NCBI RefSeq assembly: GCF_006345805.1
Contig: NC_043003.1
Coordinates: 26,288,001 to 26,352,000, forward strand
DNA: 64,000 nucleotides
Direction: 5' to 3'
Origin: Octopus sinensis
Taxonomy: Eukaryota
The position numbers and the translations under genes are program-made. Below are positions 1-11,838 of the stretch, one piece after another (the first letter of the stretch is position 1; every line of letters starts with the position of its first letter). The notes beneath the pieces were generated by a model. That model saw nothing but the letters and a program-made list of their open reading frames with translations. It did not search any database and had not been told where the DNA came from.

Positions 1-1364
1 TAAGGTAGACCACAGTGACCCATCCAATGTATGCCAGCATAGAAACCAGACTGATGACAATGGATGATGATATATGTGTGTGTGTGTGTGTGTGCAATAT
101 AAGAGAAAGAAAGTAGATATAAAGAAAAGAGGAGAGGCCTGCTATTTAGAAGGTAATCGAAACATAACCAAGATAAAAAATCTCAAAACGGCTACTGAAT
201 GAGCTGTTTGACTGGTGTAAACTACTATAGTGATAACACATTAGGAAGAGATATACATCATAGTGATTAAGAAGCTTTTGTTTTATCTTGCTGAATAACT
301 TGACTTATGGACATGTCCACAGGACAAGTTGAATGAGCCATGTTTATTGTTGTTGGTGGTGGTGATGGGCTATAGTGGTGGTGTTGATGGTGATAGTGAC
401 AGTGTTAGTAGTGGTAGAAGAGGACGGTATAAGATGTACTGAAGATGATGTTTAGATCCTTGACTGAGCAAGCCAATGACGACAAGTATTCCAGCCATAC
501 CCATTCTGTCTTTCATCAAGGCATAATGCATCTAAGACTACATCATCCAATGTGTGTTCAATTAAAACAAAAAATAAAAATAAGGAAAATAAAAAATAGA
601 CAGCAGAGAGTAATTTGAGGTAGATTCGCCTATTTCTAGCAACTAAATAGACCATGAAGAGACTCCTCTGCTAGCTCATGTTGCTGCTTCTACTGCTTAT
701 GGTTGCAAGTGCAATGCATTTAGAAAGCTGCAACATGTCAAAAGTATTGTCTGATATATTGTGCAGAAAGGAAAAAAATATCCTGACAGAGATATGCAAA
801 GCAAATATATGATGCATGTTGGAGGATGTTCAAAAAGCAATAAAAAAAACATTAAGAATTGTTGCTAGAAACTAAACATTAGGAAAATATATCAAAAAGG
901 GTGGTGGCAGATTGGCTGAAACATGAGAGGATCAGGCAAAATGCCTTGTGGTAGTTATGGCCCTTTTGATTCAGGGGTCAAATCCTGCAACGGTCAACTT
1001 TTTGCTTTTCATTCTTTCAGGTTCGATAAAATAAAATGCTTGTCATATAATGGAACTGGTTTAATTGACTGCCAATGTTATGCCAGCATTTAATGGAATG
1101 ACGTCAATAAGTAGAGCACCCAAATTCCTGCTCAACAGAGTTGCTTTGAGAATAGGTAAAGTGACAGACGAATTAGAGTACATTAGCATCACATCTATAC
1201 TAACTGTAAAATGCAGCCTTAAATTACTATCAACATAATACAAAGATCCTGACATGTTCAAACATACGTTTAAAAATTGTACTCCTTTAACCTTTTTGAT
1301 AATAGCTTGCCTGAGACCAGTGTTGTTCCATGATACAAATTTTGTTTTAAGGTATCTTCATTAA

Positions 1365-1675
1365 CCCTTTCCTTGGTGATTTTTGAGAAAACATTTTATT
1401 TTCAGATGATTTTTTTTTTATCAGACAAGCTTGCACTCTCATCTGATGTATCCAAGCTTCTAATAGAAGGTTCATACTCATTGTCCTCTGAGCTCAACAT
1501 CTGGACATAGTTTGTAAAAGAAAAAACAGATAGAAACTGAGAAATGCTGAGAATTGATGTATAAACTCGTCTGTGCCTGTTTTTGAAATAATATGTTATG
1601 GACAAGTTTACTCATCACACTCTGAAGAAGATAAATTGGGTGAAGACAAGTAACTCGTCTTTGCCAGGTAAGGAG
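1365..1675 (-). mobile_element. piggyBac-like non-autonomous element (internally deleted)
   Basis: TTAA at 1361-1364 and 1676-1679. Termini ccctttccttggtga and (reverse complement) ctccttacctggca. Carries a short acidic minus-strand ORF, MLSSEDNEYEPSIRSLDTSDESASLSDKKKII* (1500-1402), resembling the acidic N-terminus of piggyBac transposases. Confidence 0.6.
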
Positions 1676-2033
1676 TTAAAACCATCCATGAAAATTTCAT
1701 ATTATGTTCTGAGCACTACCTTAACTTTATTTTAAATCTTTTACTTGGTTCAGTCAGCTATGTTGAGGCATGGCCTAATCCTTACCCAACCCAGTGCTTA
1801 TTTTTAAAGTCTGGTACTCACTTTATTGGTTTCTTTTGTCTAACTGCTAAGTTAATAGAGACAAATCCACACTGGTTGTCAAGCAATGTAGGGACATACA
1901 AAAACAAAGACACACACACACACATACACCTAGAAAAATGGTGAAATAAATGAATGCTTCAACCAGGAAATCCTGGGTAGCTGAATTTAACCAGAATTGT
2001 GATTTTTATTATAATATATGTGTTATTATAACA

Positions 2034-2208
2034 CAGGCGCAGACGTGGCTGTGTAGTAAGACACTTGCTTCCCAACCACATGATTTTGGATTCAGTCCCA
2101 CTATGTGGCACTTTGGACAAGTGTCTACTACTATAGCCTTGGGTTGACCAAAATCTTGTGAGTGGATTTCATAGACAGAAACTGAAAGAAGCCAATTATA
2201 TATATGTA

Positions 2209-2250
<42 letters not shown>

Positions 2251-2290
2251 TGGCCACAGTCAAATGGCTGAAACAAGTAAAAGAATGTTT
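2034..2290 (+). mobile_element. tRNA-derived SINE, family A (octopus-type), degenerate
   Basis: Head gtggctgtgtagtaag...ggattcagtccc with A-box and B-box-like motifs, then cttgggcaagtgtcttctactatagcc-like body, a (TA/TG)n tract and a tgaaacaagtaaaag tail. Matches many other copies in the window. Confidence 0.75.
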
Positions 2291-2299
2291 GTGTGTGTG

Positions 2300-2450
2300 C
2301 ATGATGGGCTTCTTTCAGTTTCCATCTACCAAAACCATTCACAAGGCTTTGGTCAGCCCATGGCTATAGAAGAAGACATTTGCCCAAGATGTGACATAGT
2401 GGGACTGAACCTGGAACCATGTAGTTGGGGAGCAACTTCTTACCAAACTT
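2300..2450 (-). mobile_element. SINE family A head, inverted relative to 2034-2290
   Basis: gggcttctttcagtttccatctacc...gggactgaacctggaaccatg is the reverse complement of the family A head. Confidence 0.75.
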
Positions 2451-2899
2451 CATTGAAACAATGGTAGAGTATTTCAAGAAACATATGGTAACACAAAAGG
2501 GTTAAAAGGAAATGCCAAAAGAAAGAATAAAGACAAAAAAAAAATTGATCAAGTAATGAGGAAAAGATAATTGAAGAATAGCTTTCATCAGAGCCGATAC
2601 AAGATATATTTGGAAGAAGACAACCTGATGCAGATGATGATAATGGTGATTGTGATGATGATAATGATGGTAGCTTATTTTTGTTATTTAACTTCAGACT
2701 GTCTATCATGAAATAGACCTACAATTAAACACATTCTAGTTGTGACCATACTGAGTATTTAAGTTTGGGAGATTTCGCTGCTATTACTAGCAGATCAAAA
2801 GACTACACAGAGGCACCATTCGGTTAGAACTTTGTACCAATTAGGGTGATTTTGTTTTGCTGGATAATAGTAGTGCTTCTGCTGATCTTGGTGATAACT

Positions 2900-3110
2900 T
2901 TCTAAATTTGGCACAAGGCCAGCAATTTTGAGGGGAGGGGGATGTCAGTTACATCGCCGACTTCCCCCTGTGCTTGGTTGGTACTTATTTTATCGACCTC
3001 TAAAGGATGAAAGGCAAAGTCGACCTTGGTGGAATGTAAGCTCAGAGCATAAAAAGCTGGAGGAAAGGCCCTTAAGCATTTTGTACGGCACAGTAAAAAT
3101 TCTGCCAAGT
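2900..3110 (-). mobile_element. tRNA-derived SINE, family B
   Basis: aaatttggcacaaggccagc...ggatgaaaggcaaagtcgacc...aattctgccaag, similar to the many other family B copies. Confidence 0.75.
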
Positions 3111-3427
3111 TGCTGCCTTGATGATGGTAAGAATAAGAGCAGGTTTGTTCATGGTGATTGTACTGCTGCTAATGATGATGATGAAGATTTACTCCCTTTA
3201 ATGACAATTCCTAGTTGGCTCAAACAATAATTCCATTAGAAATCTAACATATATCATGCAGAAGAGTAATTCCTGATAGCTGTATGTGTGTGTGTGTGTG
3301 TGCATGAGTGTGCACATATGTGTGTGCATGTTTGTGCATACGCATGTGTGTGAATCCTCCCACCAAAAACGTGCAGCGAGAGAGAAACATACCTCATCTC
3401 ACTCATTCCCCCTTCCCCGACCACCAT

Positions 3428-3458
<31 letters not shown>

Positions 3459-3504
3459 AACATGAACACACACTACCACCACTGCAGCTGCCGCCACCGC
3501 CACC

Positions 3505-3620
3505 ACCTAATTAATGACCACGGACTCCATGTTTGTTTATTCATTTGGCTAAGGCAGGTAATCAATCCGTAAACGATCATAAAATCCACTAATTAAATGC
3601 ATGCAAATTAGTGCATCACG
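3505..3620. promoter_or_regulatory. candidate enhancer-like motif cluster
   Basis: Non-repeat segment with TAATTA twice (3508, 3590), TGTTTAT (3534), ATCAATC (3561), CATAAAA (3578), octamer ATGCAAAT (3601) and several CpGs. Motif match only. Confidence 0.3.
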
Positions 3621-3879
3621 TACACATTTAAAGACAAAAACAAAAACGCCCTCCCACTCCACAGCCATCTTCCTCCCATCCAAGGTGGTTCAATGTGGGC
3701 CCCTTTTTGCTAGATTACACTCACAATACAAATGTGCGAACTGAAACTTGTATTGTTCTTACAAATGCAAAAAAATATTGGTTTTGTATTTTTGTTGTTG
3801 CTTTTTTTTTCATTTCAAAAAATGTTTCTATAACAAAAAACTAAAAAAAGTGAAACGAAACACTAAAGGAATAAGTGAA

Positions 3880-5258
3880 AGTGTGTGTGTGTATTGGTGA
3901 GGGTGAGTGTGTGTGTGCATGTGACTATGTGAATGTGTGCGTGTGTATGTGTGTGCATGTTTTGGCAAGTGTGCATGTGTTGGTGAGTGTGCATGCGTTG
4001 TGTTGGCGAGTGTGCATGCATTGCGTTGGTGAGTGCACGTGTGAGTGTGTGGTGTGTGTGTGTGTGCATGTGAGTTGTGTTGGCGAGTGCATGCTTGTGT
4101 GTGTTGTGATGGCGTGTGCGCATGTGTGTTGTGTTTGTGAGTGTGTGTGTTGTGTTTGTGAGTGTGTGTGTTGCGTTGGCGAGTGTGTGTGTTGCGTTGG
4201 CGAGTGTGTGTGTTGTGTTGGCGAGTGTGTGTGTTGTGTTGGCGAGTGTGTGTGTTGTGTTGGCGAGTGTGTGTATTGTGTTGGCGAGTGTGTGTGTTGT
4301 GTTGGCGAGTGTGTGTGTTGTGTTGGCGAGTGTGTGTGTTGTGTTGGCGAGTGTGTGTGTTGTGTTGGCGAGTGTGTGTGTTGTGTTGGCGAGTGTGTGT
4401 GTGTTGTGTTGGCGAGTGTGTGTGTGTTGTGTTGGCGAGTGTGTGTGTGTTGTGTTGGCGAGTGTGTGCATGTGTTGGCGAGTGTGTGTGTGTTGGCGAG
4501 TGTGTGCATGTGTTACGTTGGTGAGTGTGTGTGTTGCGTTGGTGAGTGTGTGTGTGTGTGTGTGTGTTGCGTTGGTGAGTATGTGTGTGTGTGTTGCGTT
4601 GGTGAGTGTGTGTGTTGCGTTGGTGAGTGTGTGTGTGTTGCATTGGTGAGTGTGTGTGTGTTGTGTTGGCGAGTGTGTGTGTGGTGTTGGTGAGTGTGTG
4701 TGTGTTGTGTTGGCGAGTGTGTGTGTTGCATTGGCAAGTGTGGTGTGTGTGTGTTGTGTTGGCGAGTGTGTGTATTGTGTTGGCGAGTGTGTGTGTTGTG
4801 TTGGCGAGTGTGTGTGTGTGTGTTGGCGAGTGTGTGTTGTTGTGTTGGCGAGTGTGTGTGTTGTGTTGGCGAGTGTGTGGTGTGTGTTGTGTTGGCGAGT
4901 GTGTGTGTTGTGTTGGCGAGTGTGTGTGTGTGTGTGTTGGCGAGTGTGTGTGTGTTGGTTGGCGAGTGTGTGCATGTGTTGCGAGTGTGTGCATGTGTTG
5001 GCGAGTGTGTGTGTGTTACGTTGGTGAGTGTGTGTGTGTTGCGTTGTGAGTGTGGTGTGTGTGTGTGTGTGCGTTGGTGAGTATGTGTGTGTGTGTTGCG
5101 TTGGTGATGTGTGTGTTGCGTTGTGAGTGTGGTGTGTTGCATTGGTGAGTGTGTGTGTGTTGTGTTGGTGAGTGTGTGTGTGTGTTGGTGAGTGTGTGTG
5201 TGTTGTGTTGGCGAGTGTGTGTGTTGCATTGGCAAGTGTGTGTGTGTGTGTTGGTGAG
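3880..5258. repeat. TG-rich minisatellite, 21-bp core unit TGTTGGCGAGTGTGTGTGTTG
   Basis: Period 21 (for example cgagtg at 4201 and 4222). Units are homogeneous around 4170-4500 and more variable toward the edges. Confidence 0.95.
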
Positions 5259-5259
5259 T

Positions 5260-5965
5260 GAGGGGTCAGTACCTCAAAAGAGTGGCCTTCCTCTTTCAAA
5301 CCAGGAAGCTATCAACAAATGCTCACAATTACTAATGATTTTTTCCTGGTGATATCACATCCACAACAGGCAGTGGGCCAGTATCTCAAAAGAGTGGTCT
5401 TCTGCTTTCAAACCACAAAACATTTCAGCTCTTAAATGTAACTAACTCAACATAATGTTCAAAGGAGACAATAAATGCTGCTCCTGCAACTGAGCTGTTG
5501 CAGCTGTGGTACACAAAGACACTTCCTTGACTGTATCCAAAAATGTCCACTCAACTAGTATGGAATAGCTCATCAACTCAATCCATCCGTTGACTCGCAG
5601 ACAAGCTGTCTTCTCACACTGCCATTTCCGTCACTACTACAATGGCTTCAGAGTAAGCTGATCTCATGTCTCTTCACCCAGGGCATCAGATTCTTCTCAC
5701 CACCTGTATTGTGTCCTACACCCCTCCATCTCCAGGTCTCACGCCAACAACTAAGCCCAGTTCCCCCCACCACCACTCCACTCTGAATTTCCCTTTCAAC
5801 CAACTGCTACTTCTCCGTACTAAGAGATCACAGCTCTGGTGTTACAGACATGCAATTAGAATGTTACAAGAATCACAATATGGATTCTCCAAGACAAGAC
5901 AACCAACAGGAGACCTAGGAGTAAATCAAGAACAAGATGGATGGATAACATCCATTGGCTCAGTT
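5260..5965 (+). mobile_element. degenerate RTE-clade LINE 3' coding fragment
   Basis: KRSQLWCYRHAIRM (from 5822) and, in another frame, RRPRSKSRTRWMDNI (5908-5952) match the RTE C-terminal pattern QLRWFGHVxRM...RRPRGRPRTRWxDxI. Stops and frameshifts are present. Confidence 0.65.
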
Positions 5966-6796
5966 GATTACACTAGGAAATTTAATCAGAATATGTAATG
6001 ATGGTCACTTCTGATTGGATCCTGTGGAGGAGGTGCCTGAAGACTTTACTCCACCCCAATGACCCTCTCAGGAATAGTAGGTGAAGAAGATGGACAAATG
6101 GATTTCTTTTTCTGGTCTTGCTTTCCCTGGAGTAGTTCAAGACAAAAGCATTAACTATATCAACAACACCCACCTCAGAGAGCTTGCCAAGATGATGAGC
6201 ACAGCCCCTTCCTTCAGATCAAGCCAGGATAAATAGAAAAAAGAAAAAATTATTTTTATTCCAATTATTCTAAATTCTAAGAATTATTGCAAAGTTATTA
6301 ACTTCCAGCTTCACACAACCCTTGACAACCAACCAACACACAGAATACACACTTCTTGTACACAGCAAACAAGTAGCTTCTGTGCCACTAACCTAAAACT
6401 CTTATATTGATGAAGCAAACATTTAAAAAAAAATTTTTTTAAAAACAGAAATAACCGACTCTTTGGGTTTCACTTTTTAAACCCAATAAACACCCACCCA
6501 TCCATCCTACCATCCACCCACCCACCCAACCAGCCACCACTATGGAATCAAGCATCAATTAAACTAGCAAGAGGAAACTCCTACACAGGAAAACTGGAGT
6601 CATTTTTTATTAGATATTGAACTTGATATTGGAACAAACAGAAGTTTTTTTTTTTTTAAAGAAAAAAATAGAAAAAACCCCACAAAGTCATTGATTTCTG
6701 AGATCACTTGTATACAAGACAGACCTACACTGATGGATTCTTTAACACAATTTGCTAAATTAAAGAAATCATATTTATATAATTGTATGTACTCAC

Positions 6797-6849
6797 GTGT
6801 AAAACAGACACGTGTATATGTGTAAAGCTGATATGGGCATGTGTTGCAG
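6797..6849 (-). other. weak candidate exon (53 nt)
   Basis: Minus strand: acceptor gatttcttttatgatAG and donor CAC|GTGAGT. All three frames are open and no homology is recognised. Confidence 0.2.
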
Positions 6850-6899
6850 CTATCATAAAAGAAATCATTATTATTAGAATATTGGAAAAAAATGCTTTG

Positions 6900-7550
6900 C
6901 AGTATTAGTTCCAGATCTTCTGGTTTCAAATCACTCCAAGGTGAACTTTAACTTTCATCCTGTCAGAGTCAGTAAAATAAAGTACCAGTCAAGTATTGGG
7001 GCACAAGTAATCAAACTCCTCCCCTCAAATTTACTGACCTTGTTCCCAAATTGTCAATTATAATTATTAATCATTATTATTATTATTATTAGTAGTAGTA
7101 TTAAAGTGGCAAGCTCGCAGAATCGTTAGCATGCCAGGCAAAATGCTTAGCAGCATTTCATCTGTCTTTATGTCCCGAGTTCAAATTCTGCCAAAGCTGA
7201 TTTTGCCTTTCATCCTTTCAGGGTCAATAACATAAGTACCAGTTGAACTCTAGTGTTGATGTAATCAACTTACCTACTTCCTCAACATTGCTGGCCTTGT
7301 GCCAAAATTTTTTGAAATCATCATTATTATATCGAGGCACTGACCAAACAATCATTTGAGCATCATAAAAAATGCTTTGTATTAGTTTATTCCAGATTTT
7401 CATGTTCAAGGTTCAAATCCACCAAGGACCATTTAGCTTTTCATCCTTTCAAGGTCGATAAAATACAGTACAAATCAATTACTGGAGTCAAAATAATCGT
7501 CTAACACACTTCCTCTAAAAATTGCTGGCCTTATGCCAAAATCTGAAGCA
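6900..7550 (+). mobile_element. three head-to-tail SINE family B copies
   Basis: Repeated ttcaaat...tttcatcc...gtaccag...ccttgtgccaaa units at about 6900, 7104 and 7350, separated by (ATT)n-like tails. Confidence 0.75.
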
Positions 7551-8061
7551 TTTATATGGTTATTTCTAGAAAAATTCATCTCTTACCATTCCCACTATTC
7601 CAAGATATTTTTTCCCTTTACCACCACTTCTCCAAGACATTTCTGTGGTCTATTCATACTTCATCTGAAATCATCTTTGGTCTAACACTACCATAGATGC
7701 CACCCACCAGCTAACCTGTTGCTACCATGAGAGTGTTAAATAGCTTTCAAGCCTCACTACAACCAATTACCATCACAGTAATTAACACCAATACTACTCT
7801 GGGCCAATGAGAGAGAGAGAGAGAGAGAACCTATGTACACTGTTCCTTGACATGCTAGAAATAACAGCCACATAACCCAGATATTACATATCCTACCATC
7901 ATACAAAAAAAAAAGAAAAAGAAAAAATGGAAAAGGGAAGGACACACTGCTGGGCAATCCAGTCCTGGATAGTCAAAGACAAGATCACAGGTCTGCCACA
8001 ACTTTCTCTCACTCTTTCTTCTGTTGGCCTGCTCGCTTAACCAGCGGGGTGGCGTCATTTG

Positions 8062-8176
8062 AAGGCTAAAACAATGCAAAGCGCATTGTCTTAGCCTTTA
8101 GATTGTTTTAGCCAGGCTATCAGATGTTGCTACACATTGCTGGTTCAGCAATGTGTAGCAACATCTGATAGCCTGG
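8062..8176. repeat. double hairpin (inverted duplications)
   Basis: Stem 8062-8077/8083-8098 (15 of 16 pairs) and a perfect 31-bp stem 8112-8142/8146-8176 with a 3-nt loop. Confidence 0.95.
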
Positions 8177-9694
8177 TCGGTCACGGTGATATATATAAAT
8201 ACACACACACATATATCCATTACAGCCAATCTTTGTTACCTAACAGGATGTTAGGTAACAGCCTGGTTATGTAACCCTGTGCACTTCAGAGTTGGCAGCT
8301 ATGAAAGAAAAAAAATGGTGATTGTTCTCTATTGCTGGAGGTAAAAAGACATCTAGTTTGTGGTTGCTGTGAAAAAAGACAAGACAAACTGAGCAAGGAT
8401 GAAGTTTATGTTCCTTGGTGCTAAAAACAGCCTAGTCACAAGATGTAGAACAGTGCTTATGATTATGACCCCGCTTCCTGACACCAAAGACTAATGCTTA
8501 GAAGAAAGTTACTTTCACATAGGACACTAACCATCGATGGTTGAAACAGAGTGGATTCCTCATTCAAAGTGTGCTCTCATCTCAATAGGAGCCAGTACCT
8601 AAGATCTCAAGAATATGAGACAGAGATGAGCAATACAAAGGAGTAAAGTATCTGAGACCCCAATATCTAAACAAATCAAGTCATCAAACAGTAAAGCCGT
8701 GATGGTATAGGGATCAACATGGTGATTGCTGTTTTTAGCCCTAGGTCAAATTTTGACTTAATAAACCTAGACCAAAGGTATTTCAGTTGTAATGACCCAA
8801 ACTTCTATATCATCATCAGTAGGATGTAATTTGAGAAAGATTTGACTGCTGTTTCTAACAGATCATTAGCTCGTATTTGACATTATGAGACCTGGAGGAA
8901 TGACAATGTCCATAAAGACAAAATGTGAGAGTGAGTATATGAAATTATGGTATCAGAAAAGAGCTCCATCTCTGATCAGGTCTGAAGTATTTTGAGCATG
9001 GACAGCAAACAGAGCGAATTTCTGTTGAGATATGAAGTCCTGATCTTTTGGCTAGTAAACCAACACACTGTAAACTCAATCAGCTGCAACACATATATCA
9101 AACTCATTGGTCTCTGAGGACCAGCGAAGGCCATGAGTACAGCTCCTTCCGCAGACCAAATCAAGAGCACCTACGTGCACACAATATGGTATTAAGAATG
9201 AAGGATAATGGAAAATGTAAGTCTAGGATAAGTATACTATATAACAGATAAGATTGAATAGAGCAGGTATCCAATTATAAAGTAATAATAATAATAATCA
9301 TATATAAGAGGGGTTATTGATGGTTTCAAGAATGTGAGGTTATCGTTATGCAAGTTGAGTTCTTGTGTGTGTGTGTGTGTGTGTGTGTGCACGCGTGCAT
9401 GTGTGTGTGTGTGCATTGTGTGTGTGTGTGTGTGTGCAATGCTGCTTTGGAAATATTGCTTATTTGGATGGATGACGGTAGAGAGATGAAGAAGCAAATA
9501 GCAATGGATATGAGGGGAGAGAGAGAGAAAGCGTTGAGATGGAAGTCAGTCAGAGAGAGAGTGAGGCTGATAGTAAACACTAACAATCAATATTCCTAAT
9601 AGTAAATTTTCCTACTCTCATAACAAATCGATAGCAACAACAACAACAAAAGTAAATCAGCAAACAGATGTAACTCAAGGAATTGTAAATATTC

Positions 9695-9697
<3 letters not shown>

Positions 9698-9778
<81 letters not shown>
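9698..9778. repeat. (TA)n microsatellite
   Basis: Long, nearly pure TA dinucleotide run. Confidence 0.95.
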
Positions 9779-9783
<5 letters not shown>

Positions 9784-10634
9784 AAAACAAGGCACCTTCA
9801 AATGACTGAAAGTTACTATAGTCAGGACATAATATAACTAAAAAAAAAGAGAAAAAAGACAAAAACATAGTTTCAAATATAGGCACAAACAGTAGCATGG
9901 TCAGGTTCTAAATTTAGGGGGAGCAAGCACATAAAAAAAAAGGCATCATGATACATACCAAACAATTTTTAACTAATTTCTCTTGTAGTAAGTGAAATAT
10001 TTCATTAGTTATAATACACATGGTTGTATTCTACATTCATTAATTCTATGTTTCAGTAACAATGTCATTATGTATGAAACTTGTAACTGCTGACATAGGT
10101 GTGACAAAGAAAGATGAAACGGGGGATCATCCAGTGTCAAGAGGTTATGACATCAGGGTTTGTTTTGGCTTTTCAAATGTCAGCAACCAACACATCGCAG
10201 GAGATAGAGCAGACAATTCAAAAAACATGGGAGGTTGGTCAAATGAAGTAAAGATTCCAGAAAGTTCTTCCAAGGCCATAAAAAAAAAAGAAAAAAAAGA
10301 TTTGATTTTTATCATACATATGAACTAAAGAGTTAAAAATGGTTGAAAACATGCCAGTTTTGAAAAATGTGCTTGAGGGAAGTGGTTGCTCCTCTTACTC
10401 CCTTCTTAGCAACACCATTGGGCACAAGGCAATAAATTTGGAGGGAGGAGTACAGTCAATTAAACCGGCTTCAGTACTGGACTGGTACTTTATCAACCCC
10501 ACAGAGATGGAAGGTAAAGATGACCACAATGGGATTTGAACTAAGAACTGGCATGATTCGGATAGATTCTGTAAGGTAATATTTTACAGCCAGATACTGT
10601 TCCTGATACCAAATCTTTTAGTCATTTTTTACAA

Positions 10635-10960
10635 CAGTAGTTCTCAACTGGTGTCCATATAAGATTTGGGGAATCCACAAGAGTATTTTAAGGGCCCCAG
10701 AAAAAATTTTGCTTTTGATGTATTCATTGGCATATATTTCAAGAAATAGGTTTCTTTCTCTAAGAATTACCAAATGCACAGGAAAAATGACGTATTGCAT
10801 AAAAAGTAGAAAAGGCATACAAAAGAGACAGAGGAGCCAACTGTAAAAGAGATTCATGGAAAGCAAACCAAAGAAGTTGGAGGAACTGATGGAATTGTTG
10901 TACAATGTTTCAACAATCAATGCCACCGAAGGTGATTGGACCCAAGTGTACAAGTGAGAG
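10635..10960. mobile_element. hAT-like MITE remnant
   Basis: Left end cagtagttctcaac resembles the hAT MITE ends at 34307 and 38293. The right end is degenerate and no TSD is readable. Confidence 0.4.
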
Positions 10961-11504
10961 GAAAAGAAAACATACAGAGTTTCTGAAAAGAGATGTCAAG
11001 CTAAAAAATTAAGGTGTACAAAAAAAAAAAAACTCAAAAATGGGCGAATAGAATGACACTTCCTAAGAAAAACTTAAAAGGAAAGATTTTGTAGGGAATT
11101 AGTAATAATGGTACACCCCTCCCATGTGACGAATGGAATAACATAGTCACTATAAGTAAAGGGAGTACGTAGTAGGCAGTCAGAGATAGTCGTGTCTTTA
11201 CTAGTTCTACTAAGTATACTGTATACCAAAGTGGATGTTATAACAACCCACCAAATCCATTCACAAGGTTTCAGTAAGCTCAGGGTTACCAAACCACTTG
11301 CCCAAGATGCCATGCAGTGAAACTGAACCTGAAAATACATGGTTGTGAAGCAAACTTCTTAACTATATATCCACAATTTTCAACTTTACAAAAAGGGTAA
11401 CACCAAATTGGATGAAATCTAATACTTACCTGATAATTCTTATGTCAACCCCAATGAAAAAAAACCTAACTGAACACCACAAAGCATTTTCTCTGACGTT
11501 TTAA

Positions 11505-11838
11505 CAATTCTGCCAATCCACCAACTGAATTATTTTAAAACTGGCTCTCCTTCGGTTATGACAATGAGGGTTCCAGTTGATCCGATTCCTGGAACAGATT
11601 GCCCCAAAAATTAATGTGCAAGTGGCTGAGCACTCCATTAACACATATACCCTAAATGTAGTTCTGATGGAGATTCAGTGTGACACACAGTGACAAGGCT
11701 GGCCCTTTCAATTACAGGTACAATTCATTTTTGCTAGCTGAGTGGGCAAGAGCGATGTGAAATAAAATGTCATCAGGAATTGAACTCATGACCCTATGAT
11801 TGTGAGCCATATACCCTAACCACTAAGCCACACACCTT
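11505..11838 (-). mobile_element. tRNA-type SINE, family D
   Basis: Ends in ggaattgaactcatgacc...aaccactaagcca, the reverse complement of a tRNA-like head. Shares gctgagtgg...atgtgaaataaa with 19930-20115 and 59630-60050. Confidence 0.6.

Noticed and set aside
1061-1261. Protein-like ORF open on both strands
   Set aside because: Weak splice signals and no recognisable family; not supportable.
3828-5352. Long ORFs (up to 478 aa) rich in H/T or V/C
   Set aside because: Translations of the TG-rich 21-bp minisatellite, open in many frames on both strands.
11422-11432. ATACTTACCTG, identical to the U1 snRNA 5' end
   Set aside because: No further U1 sequence follows; it sits at the edge of a SINE B-like fragment and is simply the complement of a donor consensus.
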